Positions 45,301 to 54,291 of a stretch of DNA of 64,000 nt are shown here, piece by piece (the first letter of the stretch is position 1; the number at the start of each line of letters is the position of its first letter). The translations under genes and the position numbers were made by a program. The stretch is taken from positions 10,172-74,171 of the forward strand of contig JANOAV010000060.1 of assembly GCA_031411295.1 (NCBI GenBank). Reading direction: 5' to 3'. The DNA comes from Verrucomicrobiales bacterium. GTDB taxonomy: Bacteria; Verrucomicrobiota; Verrucomicrobiia; Verrucomicrobiales; V1-33. Below the pieces are notes generated by a model. It was not told where the DNA came from. It saw only the letters and a program-made list of their open reading frames with translations, and did no database searches.

Positions 45301-47610
45301 GTTGGTGCCGTTTTGCAGCCATGGCAGGGCGTCGCCAAATTCGAACTCCTGATACATCACCGCCTGGCTATCAGGATTCCGTGCGGTGGCTGTCGAGTTC
45401 CAGAGGGAGGGCTCAGGCGCATTCACATCCAGCACCGCATGACCGTTCACATACGCCACGAAGCCGTCGTCATATTTCATCCGCAAGCTGAGTCGGCTCA
45501 CGGCGGCAGCATTGGCGACCGTGAAGGGAATGCGCAGATAGACGCCACTGTTGATTCCATTGGCCGCCGCCTGCACGTCCGTATTGATGTGACTGGCGTA
45601 GGCGGAGACAAGGGTCGAGCCACGTTGAAAATGCAACTGGGCTTCGGCCGCGGTTACTTCTCGATTATAGATCGCCATCTCGTCCAGTTTCCCATTAAAG
45701 ACGGCGGAGGGATTCGTCGGCACGCCCGTGTGATTGCTTCCGAACACAGGCGAGTTGGCGATATTCATCGTGTTCGCATTGGTGCCGGAAAGAATCGCCA
45801 CTCCGTTGAGGTAAGCTGTTAGTGTGCTGCTGCTGTTGCGCGTGACGACCAGGTGATACCAAGTGTCATTCACCAGCGTGCCGCCCGCCGCTCCGACGAA
45901 GCCGCTGTGATATACGCTCAATTTCCCCAGCACCTGTGATGAGATGTGAATCCCGAAATCGCCTCCGCTTCCTTTGTAGGTAAACAGGTCTCCGCGCACG
46001 TTCACGTTGGCCGGATTAAACCACATTTCGACGGCAAACGGACCGGTGCCCAGATCGAAGGCAGGCGCATCGGGCACGATGATTTGCTGCGTGCTGCCCG
46101 TGAATCCCACCGCTGTGTTGGTGGTTTCAAATCCTACAAAAGCGGGCGGCCGCGGACCGGCCTGGGCTAAAATCGCCCCGCCAGCATACGTCGCATTGGC
46201 CGCCGCACCCAGCGAACCGGCATTCACTGCCGTGGTGCCACTAACCTCACTCGCCCGCCAGTAACCGAGCGGTGTGGAGGCCGCAATGGCATCGGCAAAC
46301 GTGCCGCCCGGGCCTACCGCACGTTGATAGCGTGACAACGCTTCCGCAGCGGTCACTTCACGATTAAAGATAGCCGCTTCATCCATCCGGCCATTAAAAG
46401 CGATCGCTGGGCTCGTGGGCACCCCGGTATGATTACTGCCAAATACGAGTGCGTTGGCAATATTCATCGATCCCGTGGAGGCGCCCGTGAGCACGGCAAA
46501 GCCATTGAGATAAGCCGTCAGCGTGCCACCCGCATTCCGGGTCACCACCAAGTGATGCCACACCCCATTGGTTACTGTGCCCCCTGCAGTGCCGATGAAT
46601 CCATTGTGATAAACGCTAATTTTTCCCGCTGTCTGCGACGCCAAGTGGATCCCGAAATCCCCGCCGGTTCCCTTGTAAGTAAAGAGATCCCCCCGACCAG
46701 CGGCATTGGTGGGATTAAACCAAAATTCAATGGCATAGGCTCCGGTGCCGAAATCAAATTGCGGAGCATCCGGCACCACGATTTGCTGTGTGCTGCCATT
46801 CAAGGCCACGGCGGTATTGGTCGTCTCAAAGCCATTATACAGGGACGGGCGCGGCCCCACCTGATTCAACGCCGGGTTGCCCGTGTAAGCTCCATTGTAG
46901 GCCGCTCCCAGCGATCCGATATTTGCGGCCACAGTTCCTGAGGTCTCGCTGAATCGCCAGTGCCCTAGGGGCGCAGCGGCGGCCATGGCGTCCGGGAAAC
47001 TAACATCCTCTGACGAATCCGACCCGCCAGTATCATAACCGATGCCATTGGTGCCCGCAGTCCACGCGGTGTCGTTGAAACCAGTCTCCGTCCACGTCGT
47101 TCCCAGACTGCCGTTGGTGGGCACCGTGTAACGCAACGCGTTGCCCGCGGTCAGCAGTGTTTGGATCGATGCCTGCACGGGAAATCCGTAACTCAGATTC
47201 TGAATCTGCGGCGGAAACGCAGGGGCAAATTCCGTCGCCACCGATCCATCCGGCCGCACCAGCGCCAGATATTCGCCACTGGCACTGAGATTGAAATTGG
47301 TATGTAAATTGTTGGCCGGGTTGACGCGATCTTTCCCCGAGGCAAAAACAACCAACCGCGCCTTTGCCGCCAGCGACTTGGCCGGGAAGCGCCACTTGTT
47401 TAAATTTCCCGCCGTGTCCGTCAGCGACCAGTTGAATAAATTCACTGCTGCGGTGCTGGTATTTTCAATTTCAATCCAGTCCTGATAACTCCCATTCTCA
47501 TCCGCCAACCCACTGGAGTTGCTGGCCATGAATTCAGTGATAACCACTTGGGCAGGAGAGGTGGACGCAAGGCAGCAAAGCAGTGCGGTGATGGGGAGGG
47601 AAAATTTCAT
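42349..47610 (-). CDS. Secreted CotH-kinase protein with lamin-tail domains, two LamG domains and C-terminal module
   Basis: VVITEFMASN..DWIEI (LTD); two LamG copies; CotH VRVRG, YYVEQVD, KNFYLY, PWDKDWTFG; two more LTDs; ends YVIEFSSDLTDW...RFVHVQATK. Confidence 0.88.
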   Translation of the reverse strand: MKFSLPITALLCCLASTSPAQVVITEFMASNSSGLADENGSYQDWIEIENTSTAAVNLFNWSLTDTAGNLNKWRFPAKSLAAKARLVVFASGKDRVNPANNLHTNFNLSASGEYLALVRPDGSVATEFAPAFPPQIQNLSYGFPVQASIQTLLTAGNALRYTVPTNGSLGTTWTETGFNDTAWTAGTNGIGYDTGGSDSSEDVSFPDAMAAAAPLGHWRFSETSGTVAANIGSLGAAYNGAYTGNPALNQVGPRPSLYNGFETTNTAVALNGSTQQIVVPDAPQFDFGTGAYAIEFWFNPTNAAGRGDLFTYKGTGGDFGIHLASQTAGKISVYHNGFIGTAGGTVTNGVWHHLVVTRNAGGTLTAYLNGFAVLTGASTGSMNIANALVFGSNHTGVPTSPAIAFNGRMDEAAIFNREVTAAEALSRYQRAVGPGGTFADAIAASTPLGYWRASEVSGTTAVNAGSLGAAANATYAGGAILAQAGPRPPAFVGFETTNTAVGFTGSTQQIIVPDAPAFDLGTGPFAVEMWFNPANVNVRGDLFTYKGSGGDFGIHISSQVLGKLSVYHSGFVGAAGGTLVNDTWYHLVVTRNSSSTLTAYLNGVAILSGTNANTMNIANSPVFGSNHTGVPTNPSAVFNGKLDEMAIYNREVTAAEAQLHFQRGSTLVSAYASHINTDVQAAANGINSGVYLRIPFTVANAAAVSRLSLRMKYDDGFVAYVNGHAVLDVNAPEPSLWNSTATARNPDSQAVMYQEFEFGDALPWLQNGTNVLAIHALNISAANYDLLCSAELIATSILGNSNTAAYLSAPTPGAINVSGTGTPGPVITLDKFTPAQPVDADDIIVTARVRPSFSPITGVNLNYRVMYGTVIQIPMFDDGGHGDGASGDSVYGAAIPATASTAGDLVRWYITASDTTSPGSRWPLFTDPLNSAEYLGTMVQSTATATIPLWDWFTQNTTNARNATGTRCAVFFNGQLYDNVFVRVRGAATSAGSQKFDFNTGDHCYINPELGRVGEANLNGPGSDGSLIRHSLAFETYRLTGHPACVAFPIVLRVNSAADRVGYYVEQVDDDFLKRNNLDEEGALYKFIQRGPGPVFLDANSGIEKKTRKTENLDDLTAFVTGLNQVDVSARRAWFWDNVNAPSLLNLLALSRITQDSDDVRKNFYLYRDTNGNREWSIFPWDKDWTFGILGDSLPHLYHPYFGDATHGKQPTSADPQWNKLWDFVFNDATLQPLAMRRLRTLMDEYLQPPGTVNGKFEQRANAWMNALSPNVPTSTSSQLAGVLNFFPGRRTDLYTTYSVASGSVGNQIIPNAQPISFPITITSVEFNPASGNQEQEYIQLSNPGSFEADISGWKLDGAVSMTFDPGTVIPAGGSLYASPNSYAFRARTTGPRGGQQLQVQDRYNGQISARGEIIELRAPTGVLVTSFTTPVAPTAAQQQLRITEINFAPAPPTLAEAAAILGVNAGDFEFVELQNIGTTALELNGCHFEKGFTFAFSTPTSLPAGGRILLVSNAAAFALRYPTVMPAGQYSGNLDNSGETIQLVDGVGEVILDFRYESSWFPPADAGGRTLVVRNAAPNYATYDQPTHWALSGNAGGSPGTTDLDFAYVYEGWRWDHFTAAEMYLPSPPNPANTVNAALVAPDANTDFDALNNLGEYAFGTNPRVPQGDAVISSGSVTIGPDTFATVTFRRRPKALDLTYVIEFSSDLTDWAATTAQVGPTTDLGNGLEEVTFRDTLANPVTRRFVHVQATK

Positions 47611-47768
47611 GGCGGGAAAAAGTCGAGCGGAGGGTAGACCAGACTAGCTCAGAATGACCTGAACTGTCATCAACATTATACCACCAATCCGTGATTCCAA
47701 CACACTTCAAAGTGAGTCCAATCAACGCAGGGTCAAAGGTCGACAGGTGGAGGCCAGCGCCATGCTGA

Positions 47769-48821
47769 TTACGCCGCCGGGCGTTGCCGACGGGCGGCGG
47801 AGCGGCGTAAGAGTTCCCCGACGACGATCTGCAGGAGCACCATCAAGCCGATGACGCTGAGGCGGAAGCTGTTGGGGACGTTGAGGAAGAAGACGGCATC
47901 GGCGGCCACTTGCATGAGTGCAGTGCCGATAATGACCCCAGTCAGACTGCATTCTCCGCCGCGCAAGCTGCATCCGCCTAACACGGCACCGGCAATGGCG
48001 TAAAGTTCATAGCCCTGGCAGTGATCCGAGGGCGCGGCACTGTTGCCATCGAGGGCGAACATCACTCCCCCGAATCCCGCCGCCACCGCGCAGAGCATGT
48101 AGGCGACGATCTTAATGCGATCAGTGCGGATCCCGCTGAAACTTGCCGCCTGCTCATTACGGCCCAAGGCCAGGAGGTGCCGACCGAAGACGGTGCGATG
48201 CATGGCAACAGCCATGACCACGGCTATGATCACTGCGATCACGAAGGGCATGGGGAGGCCCAGCGCGGAAGATTTCACCAACTCTTTCATTCCGGAAAAT
48301 TCTTCGCCAAACCCCTTGGTGTTTTCCTTGGTGATGGTCATGGCGATGCCGCGATAGATAAACAAGCCGCACAGGGTAACGAGGAACGGTTGGAGTTTTA
48401 ACTTGGTGATAAGCATGCCATGCAGCCAGCCTACGAACAGGGAAATACAGAGAATGACGATCCAAGCGCTGGAGGGATCGATGGGGCCGCTGAAGAACGG
48501 CACGGTATCTCCGGCTTTGATGGGACTTCCCTGCCCGGGCCGGATGAGCATGGGCATGAGCACCCCAGTGAGCCCCATCAGGGCACCCATGGAAAGATCC
48601 ACTCCACCGGTGGCAATGACGACGGCGGCACCGATCGCGATGATGGCGTAAAGGCCGGTATAGCGGGTCATGCTGGAAAGTTTGCCACTGCTCCAGAAGG
48701 TCACTTTCGACCAATCCCAGCCACTGCTGGCGGCTTGATAGAGGCAGGTGGCAAAGAAGATGGGAATGATCAGCGCCAGGATGCCGAGCGATTTTTGATG
48801 GGAGCGGAGAATTGAGGGCAT
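47769..48821 (-). CDS. Monosaccharide ABC transporter permease (RbsC-like)
   Basis: GGVDLSMG, PFLVTL, T.FGR.L.ALG.NE.AA.FSGI, YELYAIAGAVLGG.SL.GG. Confidence 0.93.
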   Translation of the reverse strand: MPSILRSHQKSLGILALIIPIFFATCLYQAASSGWDWSKVTFWSSGKLSSMTRYTGLYAIIAIGAAVVIATGGVDLSMGALMGLTGVLMPMLIRPGQGSPIKAGDTVPFFSGPIDPSSAWIVILCISLFVGWLHGMLITKLKLQPFLVTLCGLFIYRGIAMTITKENTKGFGEEFSGMKELVKSSALGLPMPFVIAVIIAVVMAVAMHRTVFGRHLLALGRNEQAASFSGIRTDRIKIVAYMLCAVAAGFGGVMFALDGNSAAPSDHCQGYELYAIAGAVLGGCSLRGGECSLTGVIIGTALMQVAADAVFFLNVPNSFRLSVIGLMVLLQIVVGELLRRSAARRQRPAA

Positions 48822-48849
48822 GAGCAAGGGTAAGGTTGGTGGAGGGCGC

Positions 48850-50331
48850 TTAATGCCCTCCAGTGGCTAATTTCATGACGGCGGCTTCGTTAAGTTCGGC
48901 CCGGGTGAGTTCACCGGAAATGCGGCCTTCGTGCATTACCAAAACGCGATCTGAGATCCGCAGAATTTCTTCCAATTCGCTGGAAATGAAGAGCACGGCG
49001 GCCCCGCTTTCGGCTAACTTCTCGACCACGGCGTAGATTTCACTTTTGGCCCCGACATCCACGCCGCGCGTGGGTTCGTCCAGCAGGAAGACTTTGGGGT
49101 CGTTGACCAACCATTTGGCGATGGCCACTTTCTGTTGGTTGCCGCCGGATAATTCGCCCACATTTTTGAAGACATCGGTGGTGCGGACTCCGAGTTGCTC
49201 CCGGTAGAAATTAGATTTCTCGGTGATGGCGGCATCGTTGACGAAGCCTGCAGTGTTAAATTTATCCATGCCCGCCATGGCGATGTTATCACGAATGGGC
49301 ATTTCGACGATGATGCCCTGGGCCTTGCGATCCTCTGGCACGAAAGCAAGTCCAGCCGCAATGGCATCGTGAGGATGCCGAATGTTCACGGTCTTGCCAT
49401 CAACGCTAACTGTTCCCGCCAGCGCCTGATCGATCCCGAACAAGGCTCGGGCCACATCCGTGCGACCAGCCCCCACCAAGCCCGCCAAGCCGACGATCTC
49501 GCCTGCTCGCAGTTGGAAACTCAGTTCATGCTGGGGCAGGCGGGGGATGCGCAGGCCCTGCACTTCCAAGCGGACAGCTCCAGCGCTGGTGGCCTGTTTA
49601 TCCGACAACACCAGGTCCCGACCGACCATCAGGCTCACGATGCGCTCCCGGGTGATTTCCTCCTTGGCGAGTTCACCCCGGAAGGTGCCGTCGCGTAAGA
49701 CGATGACCCGATCCGCCATTTCCTGCACTTCGGCCATGCGGTGGGAAATGAAGACGATGCAGAGCCCCTGCGTGCGCAACTTCCGCACGAGCACGAAGAG
49801 TCGATCCGTTTCCGTCTGGCTCAGGCTGCTGGTGGGCTCGTCCATGATGAGCAGCTTGGCTTCCTGCGCCAGCGCCTTGGCGATTTCCACCATTTGCTGA
49901 TGGCCGATGGAGAGGTCCTCCACCAAGGTATCTGGAGTGAAGGTCATGCCCAGATCGGTGAGCAATTTTTGGGTGCGGTCCCGCATTTCGGTCTGATTGA
50001 AGAATCCGCAGCAGCGGGGTTCACGTCCGAGGAAGACGTTGGCCGCCACGCTGAGGTTTTCCGCCAAGTTGAGTTCCTGATGAATGAACGCAATGCCCAA
50101 GGCGGAGGCGTCGCGGACGCCGTTGATTTTAACCTCTTTACCCTCCCAGAAAATTTGCCCGGAGTCTGGCACATGCACCCCGGCCAAGGCTTTCATGAGC
50201 GTGCTCTTGCCCGCCCCGTTCTCGCCCATCACCGCCAGGACCTCGCCCGCGCGGAAATTCGCACTAACATCGTTCAGGGCATGAACCCCCAGGAAGCGTT
50301 TGTGGATGTTCCGGGCTTCGAGTAGGTTCAT
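48850..50331 (-). CDS. Monosaccharide ABC transporter ATP-binding protein (RbsA-like)
   Basis: GENGAGKSTL, MDEPT, ISHR, PEDRK, LSGGNQQKV, DEPTRGVDVGAK. Confidence 0.95.
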   Translation of the reverse strand: MNLLEARNIHKRFLGVHALNDVSANFRAGEVLAVMGENGAGKSTLMKALAGVHVPDSGQIFWEGKEVKINGVRDASALGIAFIHQELNLAENLSVAANVFLGREPRCCGFFNQTEMRDRTQKLLTDLGMTFTPDTLVEDLSIGHQQMVEIAKALAQEAKLLIMDEPTSSLSQTETDRLFVLVRKLRTQGLCIVFISHRMAEVQEMADRVIVLRDGTFRGELAKEEITRERIVSLMVGRDLVLSDKQATSAGAVRLEVQGLRIPRLPQHELSFQLRAGEIVGLAGLVGAGRTDVARALFGIDQALAGTVSVDGKTVNIRHPHDAIAAGLAFVPEDRKAQGIIVEMPIRDNIAMAGMDKFNTAGFVNDAAITEKSNFYREQLGVRTTDVFKNVGELSGGNQQKVAIAKWLVNDPKVFLLDEPTRGVDVGAKSEIYAVVEKLAESGAAVLFISSELEEILRISDRVLVMHEGRISGELTRAELNEAAVMKLATGGH

Positions 50332-50400
50332 GAAGGTGAAGGAGGACAGCAAGCACCCGCACGAAAACTCGTGGATGGTGCAGCCAGTGGGGCGGCGGGG

Positions 50401-51447
50401 CTACTTGCGGGCAGCGCTGGCGGCGGCCTTCAGATCCACTAGTTTCTTCTCGAAGTCTGCCACGGTGGCCTTGGTGACCACTTGCACGGGCACTGAGATT
50501 TCCTTGTTAGCGGGAACATCGGGTTTCTTGCCGTCGTAAATTTCCTTCAGATACTTCATGGATTGATAGCCGAACTCGTAGGGCTGCTGCACCAGGGTGC
50601 CATCGCAGTTGCCTTCCTTGATGGCGGAGATCGTGGAGGGATCTTCATCGAAGGCAAAGACCCGGATCTTGCCGGTCTTGCCCGTGCTCTTCAATGCTTC
50701 CAGCACCTGAGGGGCGTTGTAGGACCAGAGACCAACGAAGCCCGTTAGCTCGGGATACTTGGTTACAGCGTTCTCGGCATTGCGCTTGGCCACGGTTTGA
50801 TCCGCTCCGTCCGTGATGGTTTCCAGGATGGTATATTTGCCGGCCTCTACGGCCTTGGAGGCATCACCTGCAATGAGGTCGGCGGTGGCACCCAACTCCA
50901 ACATCAGACCTTCCCGACGCTGCTTGGCGTTGAGGGCATCTAACTTCCCAACCGTGATGATGAGCTTGCCGCCCTCAGGCAGTTGCGCTTTGATAAATTT
51001 GCCCATTTCCCGACCGGCATCCACGTTGTTAGTGCCGATGTAGAAGAGGCGGTTGCTTTTTGGAGCATCACTGTCGTGGCAGATCAGTGGCATGGCCGCG
51101 GCTACTTTATTCAGAGCATCCGCTTGATTCTCGGGATCGATGGGGCTGATGGCGATGCCATTGTAATCACCCTTCTGGACGATGTTCTCCAGCACCCGAT
51201 TCTGCTCGGAAGCATTCCCTTTGGACGGGGAGAGAAATTCCGCCGTGATTCCAAAATCCGCCTCCGCCTTGATCAGGCCAGCTTGAGCATAGGTCCAGAA
51301 GTCACTGCTGTTATTGATCACAAAGGCAAACTTCGGCCCGGTCCGCTTGGCGCTGGAGTCGGTCTTCTGACAGGACACCAGCCCGGAGACGAAAAGTGTC
51401 CCAAGGGTGGCGGTGACGGCGGTGGTGAGAAAGAGATTACGTTTCAT
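50401..51447 (-). CDS. Monosaccharide ABC transporter substrate-binding lipoprotein
   Basis: Lipobox LVSC; FW, ISP, DSD, YIGTNN..AG, FDE, QQPYEFGY. Confidence 0.92.
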   Translation of the reverse strand: MKRNLFLTTAVTATLGTLFVSGLVSCQKTDSSAKRTGPKFAFVINNSSDFWTYAQAGLIKAEADFGITAEFLSPSKGNASEQNRVLENIVQKGDYNGIAISPIDPENQADALNKVAAAMPLICHDSDAPKSNRLFYIGTNNVDAGREMGKFIKAQLPEGGKLIITVGKLDALNAKQRREGLMLELGATADLIAGDASKAVEAGKYTILETITDGADQTVAKRNAENAVTKYPELTGFVGLWSYNAPQVLEALKSTGKTGKIRVFAFDEDPSTISAIKEGNCDGTLVQQPYEFGYQSMKYLKEIYDGKKPDVPANKEISVPVQVVTKATVADFEKKLVDLKAAASAARK

Positions 51448-51812
51448 GGAGGCAGCTTTATAGAATAGGCGGGACGGATCGTGAAAGAGAAATTTTAGCG
51501 TTTCTGCGGAGGAAGGCAGCAGTTCTTCGGAAATTAGTCACTCCCCCCTCGGATGTCCAAACCAAGTGCGGGTCAAATTTTGGAGAAATCCGGTCAATGC
51601 CAAATGGCCTTCCGCGGGAAAAGCAAGTCCCACCCCGGATGCTTTGCATCGTTGGAAAAATAAGCAGCGTCCCCGGGGCTGCGCAAGGCTAGCTCCAGGC
51701 TGTCAAATTTAATCTGTTCAGGGCCTCAAGCCCTCAGGTGACTGGCGACGCAGCCTTGACCAAGCAGTGGCATTGGCGACTGCTATTTCCTGCCCAGATT
51801 AATGAGTCAGCC

Positions 51813-52097
51813 TCAATAGTCGCAGGAATCCCGATAGAAATGGGCGTGACTGCGGTAGGAAGGCCTGCAGTTGTAAGCGGGCGGAGCGTAGTAATGACTG
51901 CCGTGGCTGTAATGCTGATGCCGGGAACTGTTCCCCAAGCCATAAGCCAGAAGGCCTACTGCGGCGGCTCCAACGACGGCTGCCGCTGGATCAACCATCT
52001 CATGCGGACGGCCGTAGGCATCATAAACCGTGGTGCAATTGGCTGCCGTGAGCACAAGCACCACCATGCTGATTAGACGAAATAGAATTGCTTTCAT
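51813..52097 (-). CDS. Small lipoprotein with Gly/Ala helix and His/Tyr-rich tail
   Basis: Lipobox-like TAANC; YDAYGRP..VDP AAAVVGAAAVGLLAYG; ATG at 52097. Confidence 0.65.
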   Translation of the reverse strand: MKAILFRLISMVVLVLTAANCTTVYDAYGRPHEMVDPAAAVVGAAAVGLLAYGLGNSSRHQHYSHGSHYYAPPAYNCRPSYRSHAHFYRDSCDY

Positions 52098-52293
52098 ACA
52101 TCGCATTCGACTGCGGTTCTGCGCGAATTATTCATGGAATTCCGACCGATTTTGCAATTTCTCCCAAGCCCGCGTCCGAGCGGCCTCTGCGCGGATTTTG
52201 GCGGCGGTTCGTGGTTGGATGGAAATCTCCTCAAGTCCACAAAATCCGCATTCGGTTCTTGCCCAATCTGATGATTTGTTGCAATCTGCGCCC

Positions 52294-53304
52294 ATGCTCG
52301 GCTTCAGCTTCACCAAACTTCCGCCCACCACCTTTGCGATTCAGTATAAGAATGGCAAAATTGTCCGTGAGGGACTGGGCTTGTCTTTCTTTTATTTTGC
52401 ACCCTTCACTACGTTAGTGGCGGTGCCCATGAGTAGTGCGGAGTCGCAGTTTATCTTTGAAGAGGTGACGGCGGATTTCCAAAGTTTAACGGTCCAAGGG
52501 CAGGTGACGTATCAGGTCAAGGAACCCCAGGCGTTGGCGCGCAATCTGGATTTCGCCCTGCAAAACAACGGTGTGGACTACCGTTCCAACGATCCGCAGA
52601 AACTGCCGCAGCGGATCATTGCGGCAGTGCAAGTGCTGACGAAAGGGGAGATCCAGCGACGCAAACTTCAGGAGGCGATTCAGGCGGCCGATGCGGTGAG
52701 CGCGGCCATTCGGGAGAAACTGATGTTGGCCGATGAAATCAAAGCGCTGGGCATTGAAATTCTCAGCGTCAGCGTGCTCGCCATTCGTCCCACGCCGGAG
52801 ACGGCGCGCGCGCTGGAAGCAGACACGCGCGAGTCGCTGATGCAGCGCGCCGACGAAGCGATCTTCGTGCGACGTAATGCCGCGGTGGAACAGGAGCGCA
52901 CCATCAAGGAAAACGAACTGCAAACGGAGGTGGCCATCGAATTGAAGAAGCGCCAGATTCGCGAAACGCAAATGGCCACCGAACGCGCCCTGCAAGAACA
53001 GGAAAGCGAGCTGGAACGCGCCAAGATGCAGGCCAGCATCACGTTGGAAGATCAGAACAAAGCCTTGGTGGCATTGCAGGCCGAGAATGAGCGCGTCAAC
53101 GCCGACGCGCGCGCCTATGGCAGTGCGGCTCTCATGAAGGTCTTCGCAGACATGAATCCGCAAATGGTCCAGGCGTTGACTTCCAGTTCCATGACGCCGC
53201 ATCAGCTTATCAGCCATGCCTTCCAGCAGTTGGCGCAGAACGCGGATAAGATTGGTGAGTTGAATATGTCGCCAGAATTACTGCGCGAAATCCTCAAGAA
53301 ATAA
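52294..53304 (+). CDS. SPFH/band-7 domain protein with coiled-coil tail
   Basis: Start MLGFSFTK at 52294; G..VREG.GLSFFY, TADFQ.LTVQG.VTY, LG.EI..VSV.AIRP, ADEA...RR.AAVEQER.IKENEL. Confidence 0.85.
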   Translation: MLGFSFTKLPPTTFAIQYKNGKIVREGLGLSFFYFAPFTTLVAVPMSSAESQFIFEEVTADFQSLTVQGQVTYQVKEPQALARNLDFALQNNGVDYRSNDPQKLPQRIIAAVQVLTKGEIQRRKLQEAIQAADAVSAAIREKLMLADEIKALGIEILSVSVLAIRPTPETARALEADTRESLMQRADEAIFVRRNAAVEQERTIKENELQTEVAIELKKRQIRETQMATERALQEQESELERAKMQASITLEDQNKALVALQAENERVNADARAYGSAALMKVFADMNPQMVQALTSSSMTPHQLISHAFQQLAQNADKIGELNMSPELLREILKK

Positions 53305-53316
53305 CGCCGTTCATCC

Positions 53317-54258
53317 ATGGATCGACTAACCGATAACCGGATCGTGCTCGTCACCCGACGCACGCGGTTGGAGGATTTGATCAAACAGTTCAACACCCTG
53401 GCGCAGGCGAAATTTTACGTCGAGCACCTGGGGGCGGATTTCGGAGATTACGAACAGGAACATCACTGCTATGCCACGCAGCGTGAGGCCTGCCTGGCGG
53501 AGTTGGCGAAGCTGGGGAAGGTGAGTGCAATCGAACGTGGCTTCCTCCCTAACTTTCTCTTTCGCCCGGACGATACCATCGTCGTGCTCGGCCAGGATGG
53601 CACCGTGGCGAACACGCTGAAGTATCTTGCGGGCCAACCGTGCCTGGGCGTGAACCCGGATCCTGCTCGTTGGGACGGGGTGCTCCTGCCCTTCCGCTCC
53701 TCCGATCTCAGCCAAATTATGCCGCAAGTGTTTGCTGGGCAGGCGCGCCTCCAAGCAGTGACCTTTGCCAAGGCCACGTTGAATACCGGGGAAACCCTGC
53801 TGGGCGTCAACGACCTCTTCATTGGCCCCAAATCCCACACCAGCGCCCGCTATCAGATCAGCCATGCCGGAGCGCAGGAAATGCAGTCCAGCAGCGGCAT
53901 CATCGTTTCCACCGGACTTGGCAGCACTGGCTGGCTGAAGAGCATTCTCCAGGGAGCCCGTTCGATCTCGCAAGCCATGCATGGTCTGCCCATGGCGGAG
54001 GCAAGCAGTGAGCCACTGCCGTGGGATCATCGGCAATTAATTTATTCGGTCCGGGAACCCTTTCCCAGTCGCTCCTCCCAAGCCACCATGGTCTATGGCG
54101 AGATTTCCGCCCAGCAACCACTGACCCTCGTGTCCACCATGGCTGCGGGCGGCGTGATCTTCTCCGATGGCATTGAAGCCGATTTCCTAAAATTCAACAA
54201 CGGCACTCAGGCTACGATCACGGTGGTGCCCAATGCGGGAACCTTGGTGGTTGGGTAG
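53317..54258 (+). CDS. NAD-kinase-like protein (divergent)
   Basis: VVLGQDGT (GGDG variant), GVNPDP, GVNDLFIG, SSGIIVSTGLGSTGW (TPxGSTAY variant), IFSDG. Confidence 0.8.
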   Translation: MDRLTDNRIVLVTRRTRLEDLIKQFNTLAQAKFYVEHLGADFGDYEQEHHCYATQREACLAELAKLGKVSAIERGFLPNFLFRPDDTIVVLGQDGTVANTLKYLAGQPCLGVNPDPARWDGVLLPFRSSDLSQIMPQVFAGQARLQAVTFAKATLNTGETLLGVNDLFIGPKSHTSARYQISHAGAQEMQSSSGIIVSTGLGSTGWLKSILQGARSISQAMHGLPMAEASSEPLPWDHRQLIYSVREPFPSRSSQATMVYGEISAQQPLTLVSTMAAGGVIFSDGIEADFLKFNNGTQATITVVPNAGTLVVG

Positions 54259-54291
54259 AGCAACAAAGTAGGTTCGACCCACACCAGTCGC

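Noticed and set aside
51448..51812. 365-nt intergenic region as a possible sRNA or riboswitch
   Set aside because: No recognisable aptamer or strong structure by eye; would need an Rfam search.
52030..52293. 88-aa N-terminal extension of the SPFH ORF
   Set aside because: Overlaps the divergent lipoprotein gene and its promoter region; SPFH-like sequence starts at the ATG at 52294.
54259..54291. GGTTCGACCC resembling a tRNA T-loop
   Set aside because: The gap is only 33 nt and no cloverleaf can be formed.
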